In this document: positions 54,901 to 62,637 of the stretch, piece after piece
Layout: each line of letters begins with the position of its first letter
Numbering within the stretch: position 1 is the first letter of the stretch
IMG/VR virus record: IMGVR_UViG_2596583652_000001
Span: 1-64,000 of that record
Source: a virus
Lineage: Duplodnaviria > Heunggongvirae > Uroviricota > Caudoviricetes
Length of the DNA: 64,000 nt
Reading direction: 5' to 3' (one strand)
Notes under the pieces: generated by a model
The model's input: the letters and a program-made list of their open reading frames with translations, nothing else
What the model was told of the DNA's origin: nothing
Databases searched by the model: none
Position numbers and translations under genes: made by a program

Positions 54901-56593
54901 CAACACCGAAGATGACCTCGCTGGCTATGACCTCGAGGTGCGCCAGAGCGGCGGCGCCTATGTCGCCTTTCCGACGACCACCAATCGCTACGAGTTCGAT
55001 GGGCTGCCGGGCATCGTCTATCAGATGCGCCTGCGGGCCCGCGACAAGGCCGGCAATGCGTCGAACTTCACCGCGGTGCTCAACCACACCGCGTTCAAGG
55101 ATGAGGTCGCGCCGGCGGCCGTGACGGCGGTCAGCGTGCAGCCGGGTCTGACCTCGCTCTGGCTGACCTGGACCAATCCGGCCGACGCGGATTTCGCCCA
55201 TGTCGAGGTCTGGGAAGGCGCGAGCGCCCAGCAGTCGTCGGCGACCCTCATCGGCACCACCTCGTCGGGCTCCTTCCCGCGCACGGGCCTTGGGCACAAC
55301 GTCCAGCGCTTCTATTTCCTGCGCGCGGTCGACACGTCCGGCAACAAGAGCGGCTTCGTTACGGCATCGGGCACCACGGCCCAGATGACGGCGCCCACGC
55401 GCTTGTCGATCAACGGCCTGGTGCTGACACCAAACAGCCCGGACGAAAACCGCGTCGCCTGGCCGACCTTCTCCATCACCTATGGCGAGCCCGGTCTTGC
55501 GCCGACCACGCGCGTGGTCGCCGCCGGCAATGCGCTGTGGACGGCGAACTCGCTGCATCTCTTCTATGTCGAGGGCGAGACGGTTCTGCGCGCCAGCACC
55601 AACGTCGCCGACGTCTTCACCAATCGCGGCTACCTGATCGGCATCTACCGCGGCGGCACCGATGTGCAGCTCGCCGAGGGCAAGGCGATGATCGACGGCG
55701 CCAATGTGCTCGCCGGCACGGTCGGCGCCAATCAGCTGGTGGCGAACGACGCCATCATCACCAACACGCTGCAGCTCGCCAATGGCATCATCACCGACGC
55801 CAAGATCGAGAGTCTCGATGCGTCCAAGCTGAAGGCGAACAGCGTTCTCGCCGACACCATCCAGGTGGGCGGCAGCACGCTCGGTGACATCCGGGAGTGG
55901 GCAAGTGACCCCGCGGCGCAGGTGAATGCCGGCGTGACCGCGATCGCGCCGGGCCGCATTCTGATCGGCGGCACGACCACCCTGTCGAACTGGATCTCGG
56001 GCTCCGACGTCACCAAGATCGACGGTGGCTCGATCGCGGCGAATTCGATCGCAGCGAACGCCGTCACCATCGGCATGCGCGGCCTGACGCTCGAGGGTAT
56101 CGAGTTCGAGCACAACAAGCCGGCGGTGAATGACGTCGCCTGGACGGCCGGCACCATTTTCTACACGGACGACACCGGCGCGAACGCATCGGCGGCGATC
56201 GCCGCCGGCTCGGTCAGCTGGACGGCCGGGATCGTCTATATCTACTGGACGCAGGGCGCGGCGGCGCTCTCGACCACGACCTCCTTTGCGACGGCGAACG
56301 CCGCCAACAACGTGATCCTGGCGACCTATCGCGGCGCGGCGTGGCTGTTTGCCTCCTATGGCCGCACCGTCATTGACGGTGGCCAGATCAAGGCCCAGTC
56401 GATCGATGCTGCCCAGCTGAAGGCTGGCTCCATCACGGCGCAGATGCTGAGCGTCACCTCGCTCTCTTCGCTATCGGCGAACCTCGGCACGGTCACGGCC
56501 GGCCGGATCATGAGCGCCGACGGGTCGGTCGACTTCAATCTGGACGAGAAATACCTCGATTTCTGGTCCATGCCGCCGGGGACAGGCGCATGA
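51908..56593 (+). CDS. central tail fiber / host specificity protein, lambda J homolog
   Basis: 1561 aa. N-terminus ...KFIEAISEGPIWGLVDGERSIFFDQTPI parallels lambda J VIDAISEGPIEGPVDGLKSVLLNSTPV. Fibronectin-III-like repeats sit mid-protein. Confidence 0.85.
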   Translation: MNAHTPMGARALADAVPLVRGSGGSSKGGAAPNAPNTLRSRARAKFIEAISEGPIWGLVDGERSIFFDQTPIRNADGTYNFKDVIWEDRKGNPDDAHFTGHSAVETPFDVEVQVKNANGPTQRTIVDQNADAVRLILRIPALFRADEETGAMLPASLSYAIDVRAYGGEWQEMVVKHWFNQKTTSPFQVAHRIDLPFQGSPWDVRVRRLTADSPTDKLQNELYWESYITLVEGKFTYPFTAAVGIEVNAEDLGSSIPARSYHVKGLLINVPSNYDPETRIYSGIWDGTFKIAWTNNPAWVFYDLIVNDRYGLGEFISAAIVDKWSLYTIAQYCDQLVPSGYKNGDTQDDIYEPRFTFNGVINSRDDAFSVLQSITKVWRGMGYWSLGQLFATADMPADPVKVISPANIIGGEITYSGTAMKARHSVVVVSWNDPNDFFRPSKEVVINQQMLNRFGWREKSLQLTGCTSRGLAHRYGKWVLDTEQNETETAEYQASWDHADVRPGDIIADANPHRARVRLGGRIVSHRGLRVELDHDFEPGEGHTYKLKLTMPDGALVTRDIASFLDGRNLLLADPFPAEALPNAMFAITGTDITPPLFRVIAREEVEPNIFKISALQHDPQKFDRIERGIVFEPLPVSRPSTTVPAPTNLSVRETGYVTNGQSYHSLLLSWTPPIDVVTRGFLVSADTPEGQHIVLGTVQGSSLELSNTLSGEYKFYVQTINFTGVVSDPAEFVFEAAGPLGFAPPVVTDLRLTEHPTASEFAGRDLRVTWHNLFANSTDATSEGGAPAHVVSPNYSHNVVSVYHGGTGELLRQVTVRAEEFLYDYGSNTLDNDALGRAYPSRSIRIDVQAFDVFGRSSAVVSRVFSNPVPMAIVPSYNVVGSTIFLSYSKVPDPDFEGILLWRSTTPGTINVLTDAPYYDGANNPLTISGEPETGYYFRIAAYDGFGPVDLNYSTEFTITTLSEGADLDPPAVPTGLAATSALLSNGRARVGVTWNANTEDDLAGYDLEVRQSGGAYVAFPTTTNRYEFDGLPGIVYQMRLRARDKAGNASNFTAVLNHTAFKDEVAPAAVTAVSVQPGLTSLWLTWTNPADADFAHVEVWEGASAQQSSATLIGTTSSGSFPRTGLGHNVQRFYFLRAVDTSGNKSGFVTASGTTAQMTAPTRLSINGLVLTPNSPDENRVAWPTFSITYGEPGLAPTTRVVAAGNALWTANSLHLFYVEGETVLRASTNVADVFTNRGYLIGIYRGGTDVQLAEGKAMIDGANVLAGTVGANQLVANDAIITNTLQLANGIITDAKIESLDASKLKANSVLADTIQVGGSTLGDIREWASDPAAQVNAGVTAIAPGRILIGGTTTLSNWISGSDVTKIDGGSIAANSIAANAVTIGMRGLTLEGIEFEHNKPAVNDVAWTAGTIFYTDDTGANASAAIAAGSVSWTAGIVYIYWTQGAAALSTTTSFATANAANNVILATYRGAAWLFASYGRTVIDGGQIKAQSIDAAQLKAGSITAQMLSVTSLSSLSANLGTVTAGRIMSADGSVDFNLDEKYLDFWSMPPGTGA

Positions 56594-57912
56594 GCCTTGG
56601 TCAGTCCCTCGTCGAGATCAATGGCATCCTTCGCTACCGCACGGTGCTTCCTGGTTACAACGCCAAGGATCCGGCCCTCGATCCGCGCTATGTCACCTTC
56701 GACAGCACCTGGCAGAATACGCTGAGGCTGATGGCGAGCGGGACAGTCGCCGGATCCAGTCTTTCGACGAGCATCTACCAGTTCCGGAACAGCGCGATAG
56801 GCGGCACGGTCATTGCCAACCGCATCGTGCGTGTAATCCCGGTGCCTGGTGCAACTGTCAAAACGCCGGCCCTGGTGTGGGCGGTCGCACCAGCTGGTAA
56901 CGTGCAGAAGTTGACGGTTGTCGGCAACCAAGTATTTCAGACCCCGGTGCCCTTTCAGAAGGGGTATCGCATGTGCTCGGTCAACTTGAAGAACGACGCC
57001 ATTCATGTGTCGCCCTCCTACAATAATCGGGACTACACCTACCTCGTCTTCAAGACCGACCCGACAACCACCGAGGAATCGGGTGGGAACGGCGCGCGTA
57101 TTGGCCTGCATCCGCTCTATGGTATGGGCGCGTTCTTCTCAAGACCGGGCTTCAATCATCTCACCTGTTCGCTCGATGACATGATGCTGACGAGCGCCCG
57201 CAACATGGCGCAGGTCTATGAGACTGGCTATGTGACGGTGGATGCAACCTATTCGGGGGAGCCTTTCGGCAATAGCGGTGGTGGCGGGACGATCGTGAAC
57301 CTGCGCGGCTCCTATCCCGACTTTCCGCCTGTCATTGCCTTTCGGACCTCTACGGGCGCTATCAGCCGGCTGATGTCCGTCTTCTGGCTGAGCCCGAGCC
57401 AGATTTTGGTCACGGGTGCTTCGAGCGGCAATCAGGTTCGCTTTGCTGTTCTCTCGGCTACGCCCGACTACATTCCTGATCCCGACACGCGCGCGGTCAG
57501 GCGCGTTCGTATGGTGAATGGCTCACTCGACATCACCAAGCGAAACATCGACTGGTCGGAGGCGACGAGCGACGCGGATTTTCTGTTCCGCTCGAGCCGC
57601 CAGACAGCGCAGTTCAACGGTATGCTGCCCTTTCCGACGGTCCTGAACAGCGGCTTCTACCCGCTGCACACCCCTTCTCCGGCAGGCGCCGGCCCGCCCT
57701 TCGTGTTCATGCTCGCCTTTGAGGCGACCTGTGGCTGGTGGTGTGGCTGTGGTTATGTCGACACTCAGGATATCGTCGGTATTACCCAGCAGTTCAATCC
57801 GCGCTTCCGCGGCGCCGTGATCAGCAACACCCATTATCAGTGGTATCGCGACTCGCAATACAGCAACAACATCAACGGCTGGGTCACCACGATGAACATC
57901 TCGGACTTCTAG
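56590..57912 (+). CDS. tail fiber-associated protein (hypothetical)
   Basis: 440-aa ORF coupled to J (ATGA overlap). Confidence 0.45.
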   Translation: MSLGQSLVEINGILRYRTVLPGYNAKDPALDPRYVTFDSTWQNTLRLMASGTVAGSSLSTSIYQFRNSAIGGTVIANRIVRVIPVPGATVKTPALVWAVAPAGNVQKLTVVGNQVFQTPVPFQKGYRMCSVNLKNDAIHVSPSYNNRDYTYLVFKTDPTTTEESGGNGARIGLHPLYGMGAFFSRPGFNHLTCSLDDMMLTSARNMAQVYETGYVTVDATYSGEPFGNSGGGGTIVNLRGSYPDFPPVIAFRTSTGAISRLMSVFWLSPSQILVTGASSGNQVRFAVLSATPDYIPDPDTRAVRRVRMVNGSLDITKRNIDWSEATSDADFLFRSSRQTAQFNGMLPFPTVLNSGFYPLHTPSPAGAGPPFVFMLAFEATCGWWCGCGYVDTQDIVGITQQFNPRFRGAVISNTHYQWYRDSQYSNNINGWVTTMNISDF

Positions 57913-57993
57913 GCGTGGCGCGATACCTCTGGCGATGAAAAGGCACGGCCGCGTGAGTGTTCTGCAGCCGTGCTTATGGACACTCCTCACCAT

Positions 57994-58024
57994 CTAATGT
58001 ATGTGTGTGCATACTTACTTTGAC
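57994..58024. promoter_or_regulatory. palindromic motif copy (CTAATGTATGTGTGTGCATACTTACTTTGAC)
   Basis: 15 bp upstream of the first lysis-cassette ORF. Confidence 0.5.
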
Positions 58025-58038
58025 GGGTGATTAGGGTC

Positions 58039-58341
58039 ATGCCAAGCGAGCCGAGCATCAGCCTGAACCAGAAGACGCTCGGCTTCTTCCTGGCCCTGGT
58101 CGCGGTCGTGACCCTGGGCTGGAACGCCGTCGCCTACTTCAAGGGCATCGAGCACAAGAACGTCGAGCAGGACATTCGCCTCGATCGCACCGACGAAGAC
58201 CGACAGATCCAGAAGGAGCTGATCAAGGAGACCGGCGCCCTCAAGGAAGCAGTTGTGAAGCTCACCGGCGTCATCGAGCAGGCGCCGGGCCGCAAGGCGG
58301 AGATCCGCCCCAGCTCGCCCTCCTTCTTCGGGATGCCGTGA
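58039..58341 (+). CDS. membrane protein with one transmembrane helix, holin/antiholin candidate
   Basis: ATG at 58039 (MPSEPSISLNQKTLGFFLALVAVVTLGWNAVAYF...). First gene of the lysis cassette. Confidence 0.4.
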   Translation: MPSEPSISLNQKTLGFFLALVAVVTLGWNAVAYFKGIEHKNVEQDIRLDRTDEDRQIQKELIKETGALKEAVVKLTGVIEQAPGRKAEIRPSSPSFFGMP

Positions 58342-58342
58342 C

Positions 58343-58561
58343 ATGAAGCTCCTTCCGAACTGGCGCGAGATTCTCTTCAAGGCGTGGAGCGTGCGGCTCC
58401 TGATGCTCGCCATGCTGCTGACGGCCATCGAGGCCGTCCTGCCGCTCATCACCTTCATCCCCATTCCGCCTGGCTATTTCGCCGTCCTCTCCGGCCTCGT
58501 GACCGGCGCCGCCTTTGGCGCCCGGCTGCTCGCCCAGAAGAACCTCAGCGCCGGCGAGTGA
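58343..58561 (+). CDS. holin candidate with two transmembrane helices
   Basis: 72 aa. LLMLAMLLTAIEAVLPLITFIPIPPGYFAVLSGLVTGAAFGA. Confidence 0.5.
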   Translation: MKLLPNWREILFKAWSVRLLMLAMLLTAIEAVLPLITFIPIPPGYFAVLSGLVTGAAFGARLLAQKNLSAGE

Positions 58562-58595
58562 CCGCCCTGTAGCCCTTGCACCAACAGGAACCCTG

Positions 58596-59183
58596 ATGCC
58601 CGTCTCCAAGCTCCGTCCCACCAAGCGCGCCTCCGCTGCGATCGCCGCTGTCATGGCCATGGCGGTGTCGATCGGTGGCGCCCTGTTCGTGACGGCTCCT
58701 AACGGCAAGCAGTATCCCGCAGCCGTCGTGCTGGCCGCCGAGCACATCGTCAAGGACTGGGAGGGCCTGCACCTCACCGCCTATCGCGACATGGTCGGCA
58801 TCTGGACCATCTGCTACGGCGAGACGCTCGGTGTGAAGCCGGGAATGCGCAAGACCCGCGCCGAGTGTGAGGCGATGCTCTATGAGCGCCTCCATCGCGA
58901 CTTCTACCTCGCCATCGTCAAATGCGCGCCCCAGCTCGCCGCAGCGCCGATCTCCGTGCAGGCGTCCATGCTGTCGGGCTCCTTCAATTTCGGCGTCGGC
59001 GCCTGGTGCCGCTCGACCGCCTCGCGGCACATCCGGGTCCGGGCATGGCGTCCGGCCTGTGACGCCCAGACCCTCTTCAACCGCGCCGGCGGCCGCGTCG
59101 TTCAGGGTCTCGTGAACCGCCGTGAGATGGGCGATGCCCAGCGTCTTGGCGAAGGCGAACTCTGCGTGTCGGGAATCAAGTGA
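58596..59183 (+). CDS. GH24 lysozyme with an N-terminal signal-anchor-release (SAR) domain
   Basis: ATG at 58596 in frame with track ORF 58515..59183. SAR helix ASAAIAAVMAMAVSIGGALFVTA, then the T4/P21-type lysozyme core EGLHLTAYRDMVGIWTICYGET. Confidence 0.8.
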   Translation: MPVSKLRPTKRASAAIAAVMAMAVSIGGALFVTAPNGKQYPAAVVLAAEHIVKDWEGLHLTAYRDMVGIWTICYGETLGVKPGMRKTRAECEAMLYERLHRDFYLAIVKCAPQLAAAPISVQASMLSGSFNFGVGAWCRSTASRHIRVRAWRPACDAQTLFNRAGGRVVQGLVNRREMGDAQRLGEGELCVSGIK

Positions 59184-59581
59184 TGCTGTCGTTTCTCGGT
59201 ATTTCCCCGCTCAAGCTTGCCGTCGCCTGCGGCGCGATTCTGGTAGTCCTCGCCAGCATCTTTGGCGCCTTTTCCTATGTGCGCTCGCTCACCCGCGAAC
59301 TCGCCAGCACGCAGTCCCAGCTCGCCGTGGAAACCCAGCTGCGTGAGCGCACCCAGGCCGAGCTCACCCTCGTGCGCGCCGCCCAGCTGAAGCAGATCCA
59401 GGACATCAAGACCCTCGACGCGCTCAATACGGCCTCGGCCGTCGCTTGGGGCGAGGTCGAGCGCGAGGTCGAAACCATCAACACGAAAGGGCCGGCCGAT
59501 GCGCTCGCTGCTGATCTCAACCGTCTCAATCGCGCTGCTAACGGCATGCTCCGGAAAGCCGCCGGAGCCGGTGACCGCTGA
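59180..59581 (+). CDS. inner-membrane spanin (Rz-like)
   Basis: N-terminal transmembrane helix then a long coiled coil. Contains an embedded out-of-frame lipoprotein gene. Confidence 0.65.
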   Translation: MMLSFLGISPLKLAVACGAILVVLASIFGAFSYVRSLTRELASTQSQLAVETQLRERTQAELTLVRAAQLKQIQDIKTLDALNTASAVAWGEVEREVETINTKGPADALAADLNRLNRAANGMLRKAAGAGDR

Positions 59582-59777
59582 GCCGATCGCGCGCTATCAC
59601 CCGCCCGTTCCGGCGGCGCCGCGGCTGGACGATGTCGATTACAAGTCCTGTGAGAGCGGAAAGATGATCTGCCTCACGCCGGAAGAGGCGCGAACCGAGA
59701 TCGCCAACAAGGTGCGCGTCGGGGTGTTTATCGACAAAGCGATGAACGTGATCCGCTATTACCGCCTGCAGGACTAG
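59499..59777 (+). CDS. outer-membrane spanin lipoprotein (Rz1-like), partly embedded in the Rz-like gene
   Basis: Lipobox LLTAC-SGKPPEP; Pro-rich. Overlaps the C-terminus of the Rz-like gene in another frame. Confidence 0.65.
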   Translation: MRSLLISTVSIALLTACSGKPPEPVTAEPIARYHPPVPAAPRLDDVDYKSCESGKMICLTPEEARTEIANKVRVGVFIDKAMNVIRYYRLQD

Positions 59778-59780
59778 ACT

Positions 59781-59866
59781 ACGCCGGAACATCCCGTTCC
59801 ATCGCGTGTCTATTACTGTAATCTCTTAGATAACTATTATACTATACAGGCGAAGGAACGGGATGA
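59781..59866. repeat. composite palindromic element C
   Basis: CTACGCCGGAACATCCCGTTCCATCGCGTGTCT - AT-rich 32 bp - ATACAGGCGAAGGAACGGGATG. The right arm abuts the ATG at 59867. Related to elements B (33602) and A (19035). Confidence 0.5.
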
Positions 59867-61783
59867 ATGCCCGGTAACGAGTTCGAGAACCGCTTCGCCC
59901 AGATCTACAACGACATCTCTGCCTACCCGACGCTCCGGGATGTGGCCCGCGGCCTCGGCAAGAGCGTCAAGACCGTGCGCAACTACTCGGCGCTGCTGCG
60001 CCGGCGCACGGAGGCGGGCAGGGCGGTTCCCGGGCTAATCTGGCGTGGCCCGGCGAGTGATGCGCCGGCCTATGCCCTGAAGATCGACGCGGCGCCCGAA
60101 TTGTCCTCGGCCGATCATGCCCACCGGCGTGCCAGCCAGCTCGCCAACGACGTCTCCTCGCTTCTCCTGGCCTCGCGTTATCCGGTCATCAACCCTGAAG
60201 CCATGGTGGTGCGCTCGCACATGGTCCGGCGCTACGACCGCGCGCTCGGCGACTATGTCGAGGTTGAAGGATCTCCGCGGACCTGGCTGACCGACACGCT
60301 GCGTGTCGCCGGCGTAGACAAGCCGGCCGGCCGGACCTTCCTGTTCACCGGCGCCCAGAACGATGCTCCGGTGGATCAGGACTTCTGGCGCAACCTCAAC
60401 GCCTATGCCCAGTGGCTTGGCGCGGAGATCGTCGTAGGACCCTGGACCTACGAGACCAATTGGTGGGATGAGAACAACCCGGCCAGTCGTGACTACGACC
60501 CGGTCCTGATGCCGCATCTGTGCTTCGGCCAGATGGAGATCGGCCCGGATTTCGTCTTCTGCGGCGAGATGAACACGCTGCCGACGGCCGCGCGGCCAAT
60601 CTCGGATCTCACCACCTATTCGCGCGGGCGCTGGGCGGTGTTTCCGCACGCCAAGCTCCAGCTGCTCTCGATCCCCTCGACCGATCCGCACACGCCCGCC
60701 CATCAGATCATGACGACCGGGTCGGTCACTCGGCCAATGGTGATCCCGCGCAAAGCCGGCGTGAAGTCGCTGTTCCATCACGTCATCGGCGCCACCATCG
60801 TAGAGTTCGACGAGGACGGCACCTTCTTCTGCCGCCAGCTCAGCGCGGATGAGAACGGATCCTTCTACGATCTGGACGTGCTGGTGAAGGCGGGAGAGAT
60901 CTCGACCGGGCACCGCGCGCTCGCCATGACCGCGGCCGACATTCATGCCGCCAAGCTCGACCGCGGCAATTGTCTGACCACATTCGGCTTCGACCCGAAG
61001 ACCCAGGCGCGGCGCTCGGACAGCCTGCTGGATACGGTTCGGCCCGAGCACCTGCTGATCCACGATCTCCATGACCAGGAGAGCCGGAACCATCATCACG
61101 AGGACGACGTCAGCCACAATTTCGAGATGGCCGTGCGCGGCCGCGAGAGCGTGATGGGCGAGGTGCAGCGCGCCGTCGACTTCCTTTTGAGCATCAAGGC
61201 GCCCGAGACAGAGATCATCGTCGTGGAGTCGAACCATGACTTGGCGCTGGAGCGCTATGTGAGGGAAGGGCGCTACCGCATGGACGGTGTGAACTTCCGG
61301 GTGGGACTGACCCTGGACGCGGCCTATCACGACTGGCGCGCCGAAGTCGCAAAGGCGCTTGACGGCAATCTGCCGGCGCCGACCTTCTCGCTGCTCGAAT
61401 GGACCATGCGCTTTCTCGCGGGTCCGAAGCTGCACCACGTCAAATGGGTGCATGACGGCCAGTCCCTTGTCATCGATGGCGTTCAGGTCGGCGCACACGG
61501 CTTCCGCGGCGCCAATGGAGCCAAGGGCACGGTCGCCGGCTATGCCCGGCTCGGTCAGAAGATGTCGATCGGCGACAAGCACTCGCCGGCGATCCTGGAC
61601 GGGGTCTACGTCGCCGGCGTGATGCAGCTGAACCACGGTTACAACAAGGGTCCGTCCGGCTGGTCGGTGACCCATATCCTGCAGTATCGCAACGGGAAGC
61701 GGGCGCTCGTCACACTGCGCAACGGGCGCTTTCGGGCGTCGCGCCCGCGCATAAGCCTTGCAAATCCGTGCCCTGCTGTGTAA
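59867..61783 (+). CDS. large protein with an N-terminal HTH and a C-terminal metallophosphoesterase-like motif set
   Basis: 638 aa. HTH TLRDVARGLGKSVKTVRNY. Later HDLHD...HEDD...VVESNHD...GAHGF resembles the calcineurin-like phosphoesterase motifs D.H / GD / GNH[DE] / GH. Confidence 0.55.
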   Translation: MPGNEFENRFAQIYNDISAYPTLRDVARGLGKSVKTVRNYSALLRRRTEAGRAVPGLIWRGPASDAPAYALKIDAAPELSSADHAHRRASQLANDVSSLLLASRYPVINPEAMVVRSHMVRRYDRALGDYVEVEGSPRTWLTDTLRVAGVDKPAGRTFLFTGAQNDAPVDQDFWRNLNAYAQWLGAEIVVGPWTYETNWWDENNPASRDYDPVLMPHLCFGQMEIGPDFVFCGEMNTLPTAARPISDLTTYSRGRWAVFPHAKLQLLSIPSTDPHTPAHQIMTTGSVTRPMVIPRKAGVKSLFHHVIGATIVEFDEDGTFFCRQLSADENGSFYDLDVLVKAGEISTGHRALAMTAADIHAAKLDRGNCLTTFGFDPKTQARRSDSLLDTVRPEHLLIHDLHDQESRNHHHEDDVSHNFEMAVRGRESVMGEVQRAVDFLLSIKAPETEIIVVESNHDLALERYVREGRYRMDGVNFRVGLTLDAAYHDWRAEVAKALDGNLPAPTFSLLEWTMRFLAGPKLHHVKWVHDGQSLVIDGVQVGAHGFRGANGAKGTVAGYARLGQKMSIGDKHSPAILDGVYVAGVMQLNHGYNKGPSGWSVTHILQYRNGKRALVTLRNGRFRASRPRISLANPCPAV

Positions 61784-61812
61784 GTATGCCCTCACTTATT
61801 TCATGAGTGAGC
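61778..61812. promoter_or_regulatory. palindromic motif copy (TAAGTATGCCCTCACTTATTTCATGAGTGAG)
   Basis: Lies between 61783 and 61820. Confidence 0.4.
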
Positions 61813-61819
61813 CAGCCCG

Positions 61820-62170
61820 ATGGATTACACCCAGTATCTGCCCGGCAAGGCCATTCAGACCGGCTGCGAGTGGCGTCTGAAGATCAAGATCACTTCCGCC
61901 GCGCTGGAAGCGTTTCCGGAGACCGCGACCTTTCTGGCTCAGATTCGTGATGACGTTGAAGGCCCAATAAAAGCCGCTCTCTCGACCGCACTCGGCTCTA
62001 TCGTGCGTGCTGATGCCAATACAATCGAACTGCGGCTGAGCGGCGCGGCCACGACCGAGTGGCGCGCAGGAACTGTGGTGATGGACGTCGTTCGGACTGA
62101 TCTTGTGCAGCCTGTTCATCTCGGCTTCGACCTCGAGATCCCGGTCAAGCGCTCCATTACGAGGCTCTAA
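61820..62170 (+). CDS. hypothetical protein
   Basis: 116-aa ORF. Confidence 0.45.
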   Translation: MDYTQYLPGKAIQTGCEWRLKIKITSAALEAFPETATFLAQIRDDVEGPIKAALSTALGSIVRADANTIELRLSGAATTEWRAGTVVMDVVRTDLVQPVHLGFDLEIPVKRSITRL

Positions 62171-62637
62171 TGACCGATACGCTCGCCATCAATTATTCAT
62201 CCGACATTGTGGTGCGCACGCGTCACAATCAGGAAGTCTATGTCGAGCTCTCCAAGGAAGGTGTCGAGGGCCCTCGTGGAATTCAGGGCCCCAAGGGAGA
62301 CCCCGGTTCGCCGGGCGAGCCGCTGGTGCTGGCGGTGAGCGATGCGGCGGACATCGCGCCGGGCGGCTGGTGGGCGACGCGGGATTATCATGGCGTTGCG
62401 ACCTTCACTCGCCTCCGCGCGGAAATGCTGGCCGGCGCCGCCGAAGGCGTGAGTCTCTATATCGAGAAGAACGGCCTGCCCTTCGCCGGCCCATTTGCAC
62501 TCTCCAGCGCGGCGCCGACGATTATCACCGGCCTGACCCTCGTCCTCGCGCCCGGCGACAATGTCTCGGCCTATCGCGTGGGCGGCACGCTGGCCGGGCC
62601 GTGGCTGATGCTCCTGCAGCTGGACGGGAGGTCCTGA
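62170..62637 (+). CDS. collagen-repeat (G-X-Y) fiber-like protein
   Basis: GPRGIQGPKGDPGSPGEP triple-helix repeat near the N-terminus. ATGA overlaps on both sides. Confidence 0.55.
   Translation: MTDTLAINYSSDIVVRTRHNQEVYVELSKEGVEGPRGIQGPKGDPGSPGEPLVLAVSDAADIAPGGWWATRDYHGVATFTRLRAEMLAGAAEGVSLYIEKNGLPFAGPFALSSAAPTIITGLTLVLAPGDNVSAYRVGGTLAGPWLMLLQLDGRS

Noticed and set aside
51893-56113. Two long minus-strand ORFs (669 and 736 aa) antisense to the J homolog
   Set aside because: Both lie inside the well-supported lambda J homolog. Low-complexity Arg/Gly-rich translations.
60035-61795. 586-aa minus-strand ORF antisense to the 638-aa HTH/phosphoesterase-like gene
   Set aside because: The sense frame has an HTH and ordered metal-binding motifs and starts exactly after composite element C. 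The antisense translation is Arg/Gly-rich.
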